In this document: positions 44,501-51,248 of the stretch, piece after piece
How positions within the stretch are numbered: the first letter of the stretch is position 1
How the letters are laid out: each line of letters opens with the position of its first letter
Origin: an uncultured Planctomycetia bacterium
GTDB lineage: Bacteria; Omnitrophota; Gorgyraeia; Duberdicusellales; 4484-171
Reading direction: 5' to 3'
Length of the DNA: 64,000 bases
Assembly: GCA_964629655.1 (NCBI GenBank)
Contig: CAZVQU010000002.1
Span: 396,878 to 460,877, forward strand
Program-made: the position numbers and the translations under genes
Notes under the pieces: generated by a model
Databases searched by the model: none
The model's input: the letters and a program-made list of their open reading frames with translations, nothing else
What the model was told of the DNA's origin: nothing

Positions 44501-45325
44501 TGCTAAAAGTTGGTCTAATCTCTCAATTTTTGTTTGGAAACCCTCTGGCTTAGAAGAACTAAATTTCCCAACCTTAGCTCTAACTTCAGCTACTTCTCGT
44601 TCAACTTGTACCTCGATTTTTCTTTGTATTCTCTTGTGGAATTTTTCATCTTTTTTAGCTTCTTTCGCGGCTCGAGCTTCTATTTTTTGGGCACCTAGTT
44701 CAATTGCTTTTTCCTCCTTCTTGTGGATTTTTTCAGCTTTCCTAGCTTCCTTCGCAGCTAGAGCTTCTATTCTTTGGGCGCCTAGTTCAATTGCTTTTTC
44801 CTCCTTCTTCCGGATTTTTTCAGCTCTCCTAGCTTCCTTTTCAGCCTGAGCTACTTCTCGCTTAACTTGCACCTCGACTTCTCTTTGTATTTGCTTGCGG
44901 ATTTTTTCAGCTTTCTTAGCTTCCTTCGCGGCTAGAGCTTTTTTTCTTTGAGCAGCTAGTTCAGCTGCCCTCTGTTCCTTTTTGCGGAGTTTTTCAGCTT
45001 TCTTAGCTTCCTTCGCGGCTTTAGCCTTCTCTCTTTGAGCAGCTAGTATAGCTGCCCTTTGTTCCTTTTTGCGGAGCTTTTCAGCTTTCTTAGCTTCCTT
45101 CGCGGCTTTAGCCTTCTCTCTTTGAGTAGCTAGTTCAGCTGCCCTTTGTTCCTGCTTATTGAGTTCTTCAACTTGTTTATCCTTTTCATTTTCAGAGTCA
45201 ATAAGAAGAATCTCTTTAGAGTATTCTTCTAAATCGCTGTCCTTTGCTGATGCTACAAAGTCATTTACAAAAAAGACAGTTAAAAGCAGGGCCAATATAG
45301 GGATGTAATTTTTCTTTAACATCAT
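38534..45325 (-). CDS. giant secreted coiled-coil protein with internal tandem repeats and a C-terminal TPR (2,263 aa)
   Basis: Signal peptide MMLKKNYIPILALLLTVFFVNDFVASA. About 6 K/A/E-rich repeats of 25-28 aa (KEQRAAELAAQREKAKAAKEAKKAEKLRKK). About 7 copies of a roughly 160-aa unit (SLE(G/R)EKA.IVTLSGIEKNIE.IG.DISQISSR.NQAKKKQDEL.R.Q.RI.EE…). C-terminal TPR (YNERYHEAAMEYEEVLKINPNDADAHYNLALIYDDHLNEKRKAIQHYQEYLDLKP). Confidence 0.85.
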   Translation of the reverse strand: MMLKKNYIPILALLLTVFFVNDFVASAKDSDLEEYSKEILLIDSENEKDKQVEELNKQEQRAAELATQREKAKAAKEAKKAEKLRKKEQRAAILAAQREKAKAAKEAKKAEKLRKKEQRAAELAAQRKKALAAKEAKKAEKIRKQIQREVEVQVKREVAQAEKEARRAEKIRKKEEKAIELGAQRIEALAAKEARKAEKIHKKEEKAIELGAQKIEARAAKEAKKDEKFHKRIQRKIEVQVEREVAEVRAKVGKFSSSKPEGFQTKIERLDQLLAEGSLKEKELDEQEKELTLQLMGIERDKELAGDVVEDIYSALGEKEKVKQNLLWQESETVAEISKNITEQRNTETNILNVKNSLEKERQLLTRLEERAKPAGLELLRVNSEIADLGKRIRDIKKTVKLLENEFFDKQQNILKTKEKKGHVSLKIFSKERIIQKEIESLKSDISGKNQEKEKVLKEQREVLAELSIVDSKKAALKSEILEQEDLLEDEESHLENISKGYKNTQEVLVSLGQEKENIKLRIGEIKEEINVLAKEQAKGNILIKEKKKSLESGLKHILTFQKESQAKIRRFQDDLVQEKFNKEKEISWQDEHFKNATLEFDLSISPISSLLNQEKKKQAELTRQQTRIDEELYDIDAEKKDLTNQIIEGTTFLAEAKEKLTVLKNDQQVQKDKLSQVTSRSQESQQKVTMLDRLIYKTQVRESRIVSEEKKLASRLELLQKELQTLKNKSKDFLVQKEQVEQEQSQSLEGEKAVIVTLSGIEKNIEIIDMDVSQISSRLNQAKKKQDRLIRRQPRISEEFHSFNTNKEILASQIIEATASLAKAKEKLTVFKKDQQVQKDKLSEIASQSQEHQQKVTMLERLIHKTQVQEDETVSEEKKLTSRIELFQKELQTLKNKSKDFLVQKEQVEQEQSQSLEGEKAVIVTLSGIEKNMELIGMDISQISSRISQARNKQDELIRRQPRISEELYDIDGEKEDLAKQIAEAEKKLAVLKKNKQVGEGLSKQEKLLQAEMDSVVKSREDIQAEIVRLKDLFAEAKDTYGELSITKDSLKIKEIRLTRTEKNIKSQIDEANKTLKIHQAANKDISAYQDSTKLKISSIKSEIKDNNIKLLKLKALLEEKRNARQVLIGNRETSEAGLAEVLLILGKVGKDEMKRLSSLLKTKKSAERKIVIQERKMQDKISKLSPEKEVDKRVALTKLTTDREAIQREIVDILNDIDDKKIQASQSLEREKAFIVTLSGIEKNIELIGIDISQISSRFNQAKKKQDELTRNQNRINEEFHSSKADKEILAKQITEGVASLAKAKERLTVLKNDQQARKNKLSQIASQSQEYQQKIVMLSHLIDKAQVEEAEIVSEEKKLTRRLGLLQKELKTFKNRNKDFLAEKEQPQSLEREKASVITLSEIEKNIEFIGIDISQTSSWIDQAKKKQDELTRNQTRINEESHNSKADKKILAKQITDATASLAKAKEKLTGFKKDQQVQKDKLSQIASQSQEYQQKIIMLSDLIDKAQVEEAEIVSEEKKLTSRLELLQKELQILKNKSEDFLVQKEQAEQEQSQSLEREKAFIVTLSGIEKNIELIGMDIPQISSRINQAKKKQDELIRRQPRINEEFNSFKADKEILAKQITDAIASLARAKEKLTGLKKNKQAGERLSRQEKLLQAEMDSVVKSREDIQAEIEKTSRSFNQEKSFQNKLSLEKNALTEEIITLTTQQQDLKGAIEAGEKGLKGYTVKISELIQKQQALKSELNQILVFQKESQVKISRFQKDLAQEKLNREEEISRQKDEFKNATLGFDLSISQISSRIDQEKKKQDGFVREQARINKEFQSFNTEKEFLANQIIEATASLAEAEEKLIFLDKDEQIQENKLSEITSRRRGSQQKITMINRLIDKTWVQEEQLGRQEKAFKIELDNLKKDERVIQKEIEEVAVRLAGSTSRLGELTIQKRDFKRKADQFVREREVIKVDIYEFNKLTEDQETKVARLGRKQEQLEFEISEKKAEIDGSQKRIINLGKSLEEEETGLEKLNEKEKSLQVKLPKIRKSLEDVEKEIIPIQNDLEVAQKNLKDIKDQETLVNTAFGNLKTSFTILHKKFSDWGEEKWGLEMEVLEAKRKKEFAKIEKAERDAARANQEMKEILSEKRKKTRQWKNLSQARMIKEKVFKKEEEIDENLLSQHYYQAFELDYNERYHEAAMEYEEVLKINPNDADAHYNLALIYDDHLNEKRKAIQHYQEYLDLKPVAEDESQVAGWIIKARQALEWDSWD
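39600..43700 (-). repeat. tandem units of about 480-660 nt inside the coiled-coil gene (about 7 copies at 70-90% nucleotide identity)
   Basis: The recurring nucleotide block ggaaagtttatctttctgaac(t/c)tgttgatc…agtgagtttttctttggctttagctaaagaagcagtggcatcagttatctgtttggccaaaatc has copies near 39720, 40380, 40860, 41343, 42340, 42797 and 43299. Confidence 0.8.
44620..45150 (-). repeat. short tandem repeats of about 80-110 nt encoding the K/A/E-rich N-terminal repeat region of the coiled-coil protein
   Basis: Repeated tttttcagctttcttagcttccttcgcggct(a/t)gagc…ttgagcagctagttcagctgccc(t/c)ttgttcctttttgcgga. The shadow ORF 44634-44849 shows the periodic FWAPSSIAFSSF. Confidence 0.75.
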
Positions 45326-45335
45326 TTTTTTATTC

Positions 45336-47198
45336 CTATAATGCTTCTGTGCGAATTTTGCGCCTTGGCGGCTTCCGCCGCTTTTTTCCTTCCCTATAGT
45401 ATTTTGAATTTTTCTTTGTTTTATCTATCTGCTCCACGTATAAAATATCTTTATCCCCGGATATAATACGTGGAGTGAGAAATATTACTAATTCCTTCAT
45501 CTCCTTGGTATTATAGGTAGACTTGAACATTTTTCCCAAAAAAGGAATATCGCCTAGAAAGGGAGTCTTTTTTTCGGATTCAGTCATGGTTTCCCTAATC
45601 ATCCCGGCAATAATCACAGTTTTCCCGTCTTGAATCAAAGCAGTTGTCTCAGCATTAGATGTATCTACCTCCGGCAGGAGAATTTGGCTTGTTCCGGCTT
45701 CATCCTGTATCTCAAACCAATCTATCAACGTACTCACTTCGGGCTTAATATGCATCTTTACAAAATCCCCTTGATAAATCGTAGGGGTAACCGTAAGGGT
45801 TACGCCGACATCTACGAATTCTGCGCTCCAGGAGGTAGAAGATGCAGTATCGGTGTTAGAAATTGTGCTGGTAGCATAAGGCTGACGCGTACCGACCATA
45901 ATCTTAGCCTCTTCATTGTTGCAAACAACAATATGAGGAGAAGAAACAATTTTAACTTTACCCACTTCGTTTAAGAAGGTAAGAATCTGCTGCGCTTGGG
46001 TAGGGTCTAATCCTCCGGGATTCCAAGCTTCTGAAGTTGTCCCCTCGCCGGTATAAAATCCCTCTCGCCATCGTCCTAGAGAAATCCGGCCGTAAGAACT
46101 TGTTATCCCCGAAGCCGGGAAGTCACCTGTAATCCTTATATTCTTCCTTGATGAAGCCTTGAACATTGTCTCCCAGTCCACGCCAAAAGAAAAATCATCA
46201 CTTAAAGTTATCTCAACAATCTTTGCTTCAATAAATATTTCTTTTGACTGGGTATCAAAAGTAGCAATCATCTCTGTAATCTCTTCAATCTTATTAGGCA
46301 AATCATTTACAATTATTTTATTTGTCCTCTCATCGGCGCGAGCAGAGCCAAAACCTTCGGTCAAAGCCTCAGTCACCTTTAGTACAAGATCTTCAGCTTG
46401 GGAATACTTTAACTCAAACACTTTGGTAATCGTCGGCGGCATCTTTTCGATAATACCTTCATCAAGCCGTAGCGCAGAGCTTTCCATTTCTCTTATCTTC
46501 TCCGGTGTATCTATTAAGATAAGACTGCCGGTAGCATCATCCATAATAATCTTACCAATAGAACTTTTAATGCTTGCTAAAGCCTCTCCGGCTTTTGTGG
46601 ACTGAATATACTTTAGCTTCAAAGTTTTAATTTCTCTTTTTTCGGTGTATTTCTCTCCATAGAGCGCTTCATACTCTACCTCAGTCAATATGGTAATAAT
46701 GTTTTTCTTTTTTTCACAAGCCAGTTTATTAGTAAGCAAGATTACATCCAGTGTGTCAGCGATAGTTACATCTTTTAGAAACAGGGTTATCCTTCCAGAA
46801 ACATTTTTACTGGTAACAATATTCAAACCGCCTTTCAGTGATAAAAACTTAATAGTATCAACTATATCCATACCCCGTAAATCCAGCGATATTTTCTTAG
46901 CCAGGCCTTCTTCCATAGTAAGAGGGACTTTCTCAATATCCGAAGATTCATCGGCAGACGAAGCCGTTTCTTTAGAGGCAGCTGCATCAATCTCTTCAAG
47001 TAACTGAACCTGCCCTATCGCATCAGTTAAGTCTTCTTCGGTGATAAGAGAGGTTTCGAGATCCAAAGATTCCTCAGTAGGCGAAACCGTCTCTTTAGAG
47101 ACAGCTGAGGTAGTCTCCTCAAGAGATTTAGCCTGTTCTGCTCCAGCGACTAAACCAACAACAACCAATATTAACACTATCCAATTTATCTTTCTCAT
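45336..47198 (-). CDS. secretin, GspD/PilQ family (620 aa), copy 2; paralog of 35679-37406 with a 45-aa N-terminal insertion
   Basis: Same N-terminus (MRKINWIVLILVVVGLVAGA) and same secretin C-domain. 276 nt (46681-46956) and about 100 nt (46271-46374) are identical to copy 1. The extra segment ITEEDLTDAIGQVQLLEEIDAAASKETASSADESSD is itself an internal duplication. Confidence 0.85.
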   Translation of the reverse strand: MRKINWIVLILVVVGLVAGAEQAKSLEETTSAVSKETVSPTEESLDLETSLITEEDLTDAIGQVQLLEEIDAAASKETASSADESSDIEKVPLTMEEGLAKKISLDLRGMDIVDTIKFLSLKGGLNIVTSKNVSGRITLFLKDVTIADTLDVILLTNKLACEKKKNIITILTEVEYEALYGEKYTEKREIKTLKLKYIQSTKAGEALASIKSSIGKIIMDDATGSLILIDTPEKIREMESSALRLDEGIIEKMPPTITKVFELKYSQAEDLVLKVTEALTEGFGSARADERTNKIIVNDLPNKIEEITEMIATFDTQSKEIFIEAKIVEITLSDDFSFGVDWETMFKASSRKNIRITGDFPASGITSSYGRISLGRWREGFYTGEGTTSEAWNPGGLDPTQAQQILTFLNEVGKVKIVSSPHIVVCNNEEAKIMVGTRQPYATSTISNTDTASSTSWSAEFVDVGVTLTVTPTIYQGDFVKMHIKPEVSTLIDWFEIQDEAGTSQILLPEVDTSNAETTALIQDGKTVIIAGMIRETMTESEKKTPFLGDIPFLGKMFKSTYNTKEMKELVIFLTPRIISGDKDILYVEQIDKTKKNSKYYREGKKRRKPPRRKIRTEAL

Positions 47199-47267
47199 AT
47201 CAGTTCAATCTTCTTCGTCATCAACCGACCTTTTCCTTATCTAAACCAAAAATCTGATAGTAACCCA

Positions 47268-47495
47268 TCAAATGCCCTCTAACTGTTTTCTAATTAAACG
47301 TAAAGGATAACCTTCATTCATAAGCCGGGTTATCTTAGCCAACCTTCTTCTGACCTCAGCCTGATTATACATCCGCACATTGCCTTTTTTGGTTGCTATG
47401 CGCAAAAGGCCGAAATTAGTGTAGTGATTAACAGTCTGGTAAGTAATGCGGTACTTTTTTGTAATCTCCTGGGCTGATATTAGCTTACCATCCAT
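47268..47495 (-). CDS. small MerR-like HTH DNA-binding protein, copy 2. The track ORF extends to 47522 through an alternative upstream ATG, but the copy-1 homology starts at MDGKL.
   Basis: The coding sequence and about 50 nt of 3' flank are nucleotide-identical to 38100-38392. The two copies diverge 12 nt upstream of the ATG. Confidence 0.65.
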   Translation of the reverse strand: MDGKLISAQEITKKYRITYQTVNHYTNFGLLRIATKKGNVRMYNQAEVRRRLAKITRLMNEGYPLRLIRKQLEGI

Positions 47496-47796
47496 ATTAG
47501 CTTTTCCGTTTACTGCCGCCATTTGTATAGTACCTTAATACTCCACTGTGATCTAGACATTAATTAGTCAACTTATGATACCTACCATAAGTATGACTCT
47601 TATTGAACCTATCATAAAAAGACTTTGTTGCCAAGAAACATCTAAAGATGACAATCCGTACAATTGATATCAAGTTATTGTGGTAAATACAATAACTATA
47701 GTTATTATTGAATTTATCACAAAACCAATAACTTGTCAATATTTTGTTAAATATTATAAAAATGAGGAGCCGGAGCTGAATATATTAGCAAAAATG

Positions 47797-48555
47797 CTAA
47801 TAAATCACCTTATATAGGTATAGCCCTGAGGCCGGAGCGGATTCATTAGTATATTTGATTCTTTTAGATAAAATTAATGAGATATTTTTAAAAGCTAGGT
47901 CTTTTCTACCTATTTTCACTAAAAAGGAAACTATATTCCGTACCATAGAACGCAAGAATCCATTTGCTTCTATATCAATATATATAAAAGAACTCTTCCT
48001 TTTAATTGATATGACTCCTACATCTCTTATGCAATCTTTGTAGTTCTTGGCTTTTTTGGCAAAAACAGAAAAATCTCTTTTGCCTTTAATCTTTCTAGAA
48101 GCCTTCTCCATTAACTCTATATCCAAATTTCCATCTACATGCCAGGCTAAATTATGCCAAAATACAGAAGGTTCTTTTGTGTTTAAAATTACGTAGCGGT
48201 ATATCTTGGATTTTGCTGAAAACCGGGCATGAAAATTATCGGAGACTTTTTTTACTTTCTTTACTCTTAAATCAGAAGGTAATAAATTGTTTAAGGCTGA
48301 TTTTATATTTTCAAAAGGTATTTTCGTATCAACTTTAAAATTTATCACTTGAGCCCTAGCATGGGCTCCCCTATCGGTTCTGCCAGAAGCTATTACTCTT
48401 ATTTTCTCCCTGAAGAGCTTAGCCAGAGTTTCCTCTAAGGCCCCCTGGATAGTAGCTTGATTCCTCCCCTGGGATTTTTGAGTTTGGAAACCAAAATAGT
48501 TACTCCCAATGTACTCTAATTCTAGGAGAATATTATTGGCATTGATACTCATCAA
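47797..48555 (-). CDS. truA: tRNA pseudouridine(38-40) synthase
   Basis: TruA family. Catalytic region IASGRTDRGAHARAQVINF. Typical 250-aa length. Confidence 0.85.
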   Translation of the reverse strand: MMSINANNILLELEYIGSNYFGFQTQKSQGRNQATIQGALEETLAKLFREKIRVIASGRTDRGAHARAQVINFKVDTKIPFENIKSALNNLLPSDLRVKKVKKVSDNFHARFSAKSKIYRYVILNTKEPSVFWHNLAWHVDGNLDIELMEKASRKIKGKRDFSVFAKKAKNYKDCIRDVGVISIKRKSSFIYIDIEANGFLRSMVRNIVSFLVKIGRKDLAFKNISLILSKRIKYTNESAPASGLYLYKVIY

Positions 48556-48657
48556 TTAAGCACTGTTTTTTACGCCGACAACAGTCAAAAGCAAGTAACT
48601 GGAACTAATAGGTTTATTTAGGAAATGTGACGGATATGAGCAGACCAAAAGCAGTAT

Positions 48658-49677
48658 TTATGAAATTAGCTCTTCAGCTATCTGGATAGCGTTTAAGGCT
48701 GCTCCCTTCCTTAAGTTATCAGAAACACACCATAGCCAGAAAGAATTCTCGCAAGTTGTATCAGCGCGCAGACGACTCACAAAAACCTCATTCTTACCTT
48801 CAGCATCAACAGGCAAGCTTAGATCTTTAGGTTGATACTCTACGCCCGGTGTTTTTTTCAAAACCTCTTCTAGCTCAACGACAGTAGCTTTATTTCTGGT
48901 AGTAAAGTAAATCGCTTCACTATGAGAGGTAAAAACAGGTACCCTAACGCAAGTAGCTGAAATTTTTATTGAATCATCCCCGAAGATCTTACGAGATTCA
49001 TGGACTACCTTCATCTCTTCGCTGGTATAGCCAGCATCGTTGAAACCGCCAATCTCGGGAATAACATTAAAAGCAATCTGACGGCTAAAACACTCCGGCT
49101 TTTGTTTTATCCTCTTATCAAGATTATCAAAATCTTTATTCTTATTATTCTCAACTAAGGCCTTAGTCTCATTCCAAAGGCTAACTGCTGAGGCCTTACC
49201 TGCTCCAGAAGTTGCCTGAAAACTAGTGAGAATAAACTGGCTTAAACCAAACTTTTTAAAAATACCGCCTAAAGCAGTAACCGCCTGGATAGTAGTACAA
49301 TTAGGATTAGCGATTATTCCCTTGTGGGTAGAAACCTTATCTTTGTTTACTTCGGGAACCACCAAGGGTACGTCATCGTTTAAACGAAAATCATTGCCAT
49401 TATCAACTACTACCGCGCCTTTTTCTATAAACTTCTCGGCATAAAGAGCACTTGCTCCTTTACTGCCTTCAGTTCCGGCAAAGAGAGCAATATCAATACC
49501 GGAAAAATCACTATTTTCTATAGCTTCAACATTATAAGGCAGACCATCTACCTTTATTTCCCTTGCTGTCCTAGCAAATACTCTCAAACTATTAATCGGA
49601 AAATTTCTCTGCCTTAAAGTTCTGAGAATCTCCGAGCCTACTGCCCCTACTCCAATTACAGCTACATTTCTCTTCAT
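48658..49677 (-). CDS. asd: aspartate-semialdehyde dehydrogenase
   Basis: N-terminal NAD fold VAVIGVGAVGSE. Active-site region IIANPNCTTI. C-terminal CVRVPVFTSHSE motif. Confidence 0.85.
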   Translation of the reverse strand: MKRNVAVIGVGAVGSEILRTLRQRNFPINSLRVFARTAREIKVDGLPYNVEAIENSDFSGIDIALFAGTEGSKGASALYAEKFIEKGAVVVDNGNDFRLNDDVPLVVPEVNKDKVSTHKGIIANPNCTTIQAVTALGGIFKKFGLSQFILTSFQATSGAGKASAVSLWNETKALVENNKNKDFDNLDKRIKQKPECFSRQIAFNVIPEIGGFNDAGYTSEEMKVVHESRKIFGDDSIKISATCVRVPVFTSHSEAIYFTTRNKATVVELEEVLKKTPGVEYQPKDLSLPVDAEGKNEVFVSRLRADTTCENSFWLWCVSDNLRKGAALNAIQIAEELIS

Positions 49678-49700
49678 TTCTTCCCCTTAAACTTATCTAT

Positions 49701-50759
49701 TTAACTAATATTTTTAACTACTAGATCACCCACCTCGGTAGTGGAATAACCCATCTTCCCGGCACCAAGGCTCTTTAGCTTATCTCTAGCTACCTTAATA
49801 GCTGAATTCTCTACTGCCTGGGCAGCTTCACTCTCGCCTAATTGCTCAAGCATCATAGCTAGAGCACAAATTGCCGCTAAGGGATTTATTACATTCTTGC
49901 CTGTGTACTTAGGCGCGCTTCCGCCAATCGGCTCAAACATTGAAACTCCGCTGGGGTTAATATTACCTCCGGCGGCAATGCCCATGCCTCCCTGAATCAT
50001 TGCTCCTAAGTCAGTAATAATATCACCAAACATATTATCAGTAACTATTACATCAAACCACTCGGGATTCTTAACCATCCACATACAAGTGGCATCAACA
50101 TGGGCATAATCAGTCTTTATATCGGGATAGTCTTTAGCTACCTGATAAAAAGTCCTCTCCCATAGATCAAAAGCATAAGTTAAAACATTGGTCTTACCGC
50201 AAAGAGTAAGAGTTTTTTTCTTATTTCTCTTGCCGGTATACTCAAAAGCATAGCGTAGACAACGTTCAATACCTTCGCGGGTATTATAAGAAGTCTGGAT
50301 AGCTACTTCATCTGGAGTCCCTTTATCCTTAAACTCACCTAACCCTTTATAAAGGCCTTCGGTATTTTCCCTAACTACTACGAAATCTACATCCTCAGGC
50401 TTCTTTTCCTTCAAGGGGCAGAACCGGCTATCATAGAGCTTCACCGGTCTTAAATTTATATACTGCTCAAAAGAAAAACGTAGAGTTAATAATATTCCTT
50501 TCTCTAAAATACCGGGTTTAACATCAGGATGGCCAATTGCGCCCAAGTAAATGCTATCAAAATTAGCTAACTCTTTTATTACCGAAGGAGGTAAGACCTC
50601 ACCGGTCTTTAGATACCTATCGCCACCCAAATCATAATTAGTGCTTTCATATTTAAAATTATACTTAGAAGCTACTGTTTCTAACACCTTTAACCCTTCT
50701 CTTACTACTTCTGGACCTGTACCATCACCGGGAATTACTGCGATTTTATAACTATTCAT
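49701..50759 (-). CDS. leuB: 3-isopropylmalate dehydrogenase. The start is chosen at [18 protein letters not shown], which forms an ATGA overlap with the leuD stop; the track gives an alternative start at 50783.
   Basis: IPMDH/IDH family motifs ([29 protein letters not shown]-like [19 protein letters not shown]). Confidence 0.85.
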   Translation of the reverse strand: MNSYKIAVIPGDGTGPEVVREGLKVLETVASKYNFKYESTNYDLGGDRYLKTGEVLPPSVIKELANFDSIYLGAIGHPDVKPGILEKGILLTLRFSFEQYINLRPVKLYDSRFCPLKEKKPEDVDFVVVRENTEGLYKGLGEFKDKGTPDEVAIQTSYNTREGIERCLRYAFEYTGKRNKKKTLTLCGKTNVLTYAFDLWERTFYQVAKDYPDIKTDYAHVDATCMWMVKNPEWFDVIVTDNMFGDIITDLGAMIQGGMGIAAGGNINPSGVSMFEPIGGSAPKYTGKNVINPLAAICALAMMLEQLGESEAAQAVENSAIKVARDKLKSLGAGKMGYSTTEVGDLVVKNIS

Positions 50760-51247
50760 CTCCGCTCCTTTTTCTTCAACCACTTTATCAACCCCCCGGC
50801 TTTAATAATACCCTGCATAAAAGGAGGAAAAGCCTCAGAGGTAAATTCCTTGTTTAGATTTATATCTCTTATTATACCTTTATTTAAAATAACTTCTAAT
50901 TTATCGTCAGCTTTGATTTTCTTTGCCTGCTTGCAAATTAAAATCGGTAGCCCGACATTTATAGCGTTACGATAAAAAATACGGGCAAAACTCTCAGCAA
51001 TGACCAGGGAAATTCCACATCCTTTAATAGCCCAGGGAGCATGCTCCCGGCTGGAACCGCACCCAAAATTTTTACCGGCAACTATTATATCACTTTTTTT
51101 CACCCTTTGTGAAAATCCTCGATCTATATTCTCCATACATTTTGAGCCCAAGAAAACCTCATCGTAAGAATCAAGGTATTTAGCAGCAATAATATCGTCG
51201 GTATTTATATTACTTCCTAATCTATGCACTTTACCCTTAATAATCAT
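50756..51247 (-). CDS. leuD: 3-isopropylmalate dehydratase small subunit (short LeuD type)
   Basis: Aconitase swivel-domain motifs ([16 protein letters not shown]). It pairs with the upstream large subunit. Confidence 0.85.
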   Translation of the reverse strand: MIIKGKVHRLGSNINTDDIIAAKYLDSYDEVFLGSKCMENIDRGFSQRVKKSDIIVAGKNFGCGSSREHAPWAIKGCGISLVIAESFARIFYRNAINVGLPILICKQAKKIKADDKLEVILNKGIIRDINLNKEFTSEAFPPFMQGIIKAGGLIKWLKKKERR

Positions 51248-51248
51248 C

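Noticed and set aside
38699-44849. Plus-strand ORFs within the 2,263-aa coiled-coil gene (38699-38917, 39866-40051, 43989-44390, 44634-44849 and others)
   Set aside because: F/L/S-rich antisense translations of a K/E-rich coiled coil. Their periodicity reflects the sense-strand repeats only.
38151-47522. MerR-like HTH genes as excisionases (Xis/AlpA) marking an integrated mobile element or prophage
   Set aside because: No integrase, recombinase, att-like tRNA target, phage structural gene or transposase is present in the window. The two genes are better explained as duplicated local regulators of the secretin modules. This remains a low-probability alternative.
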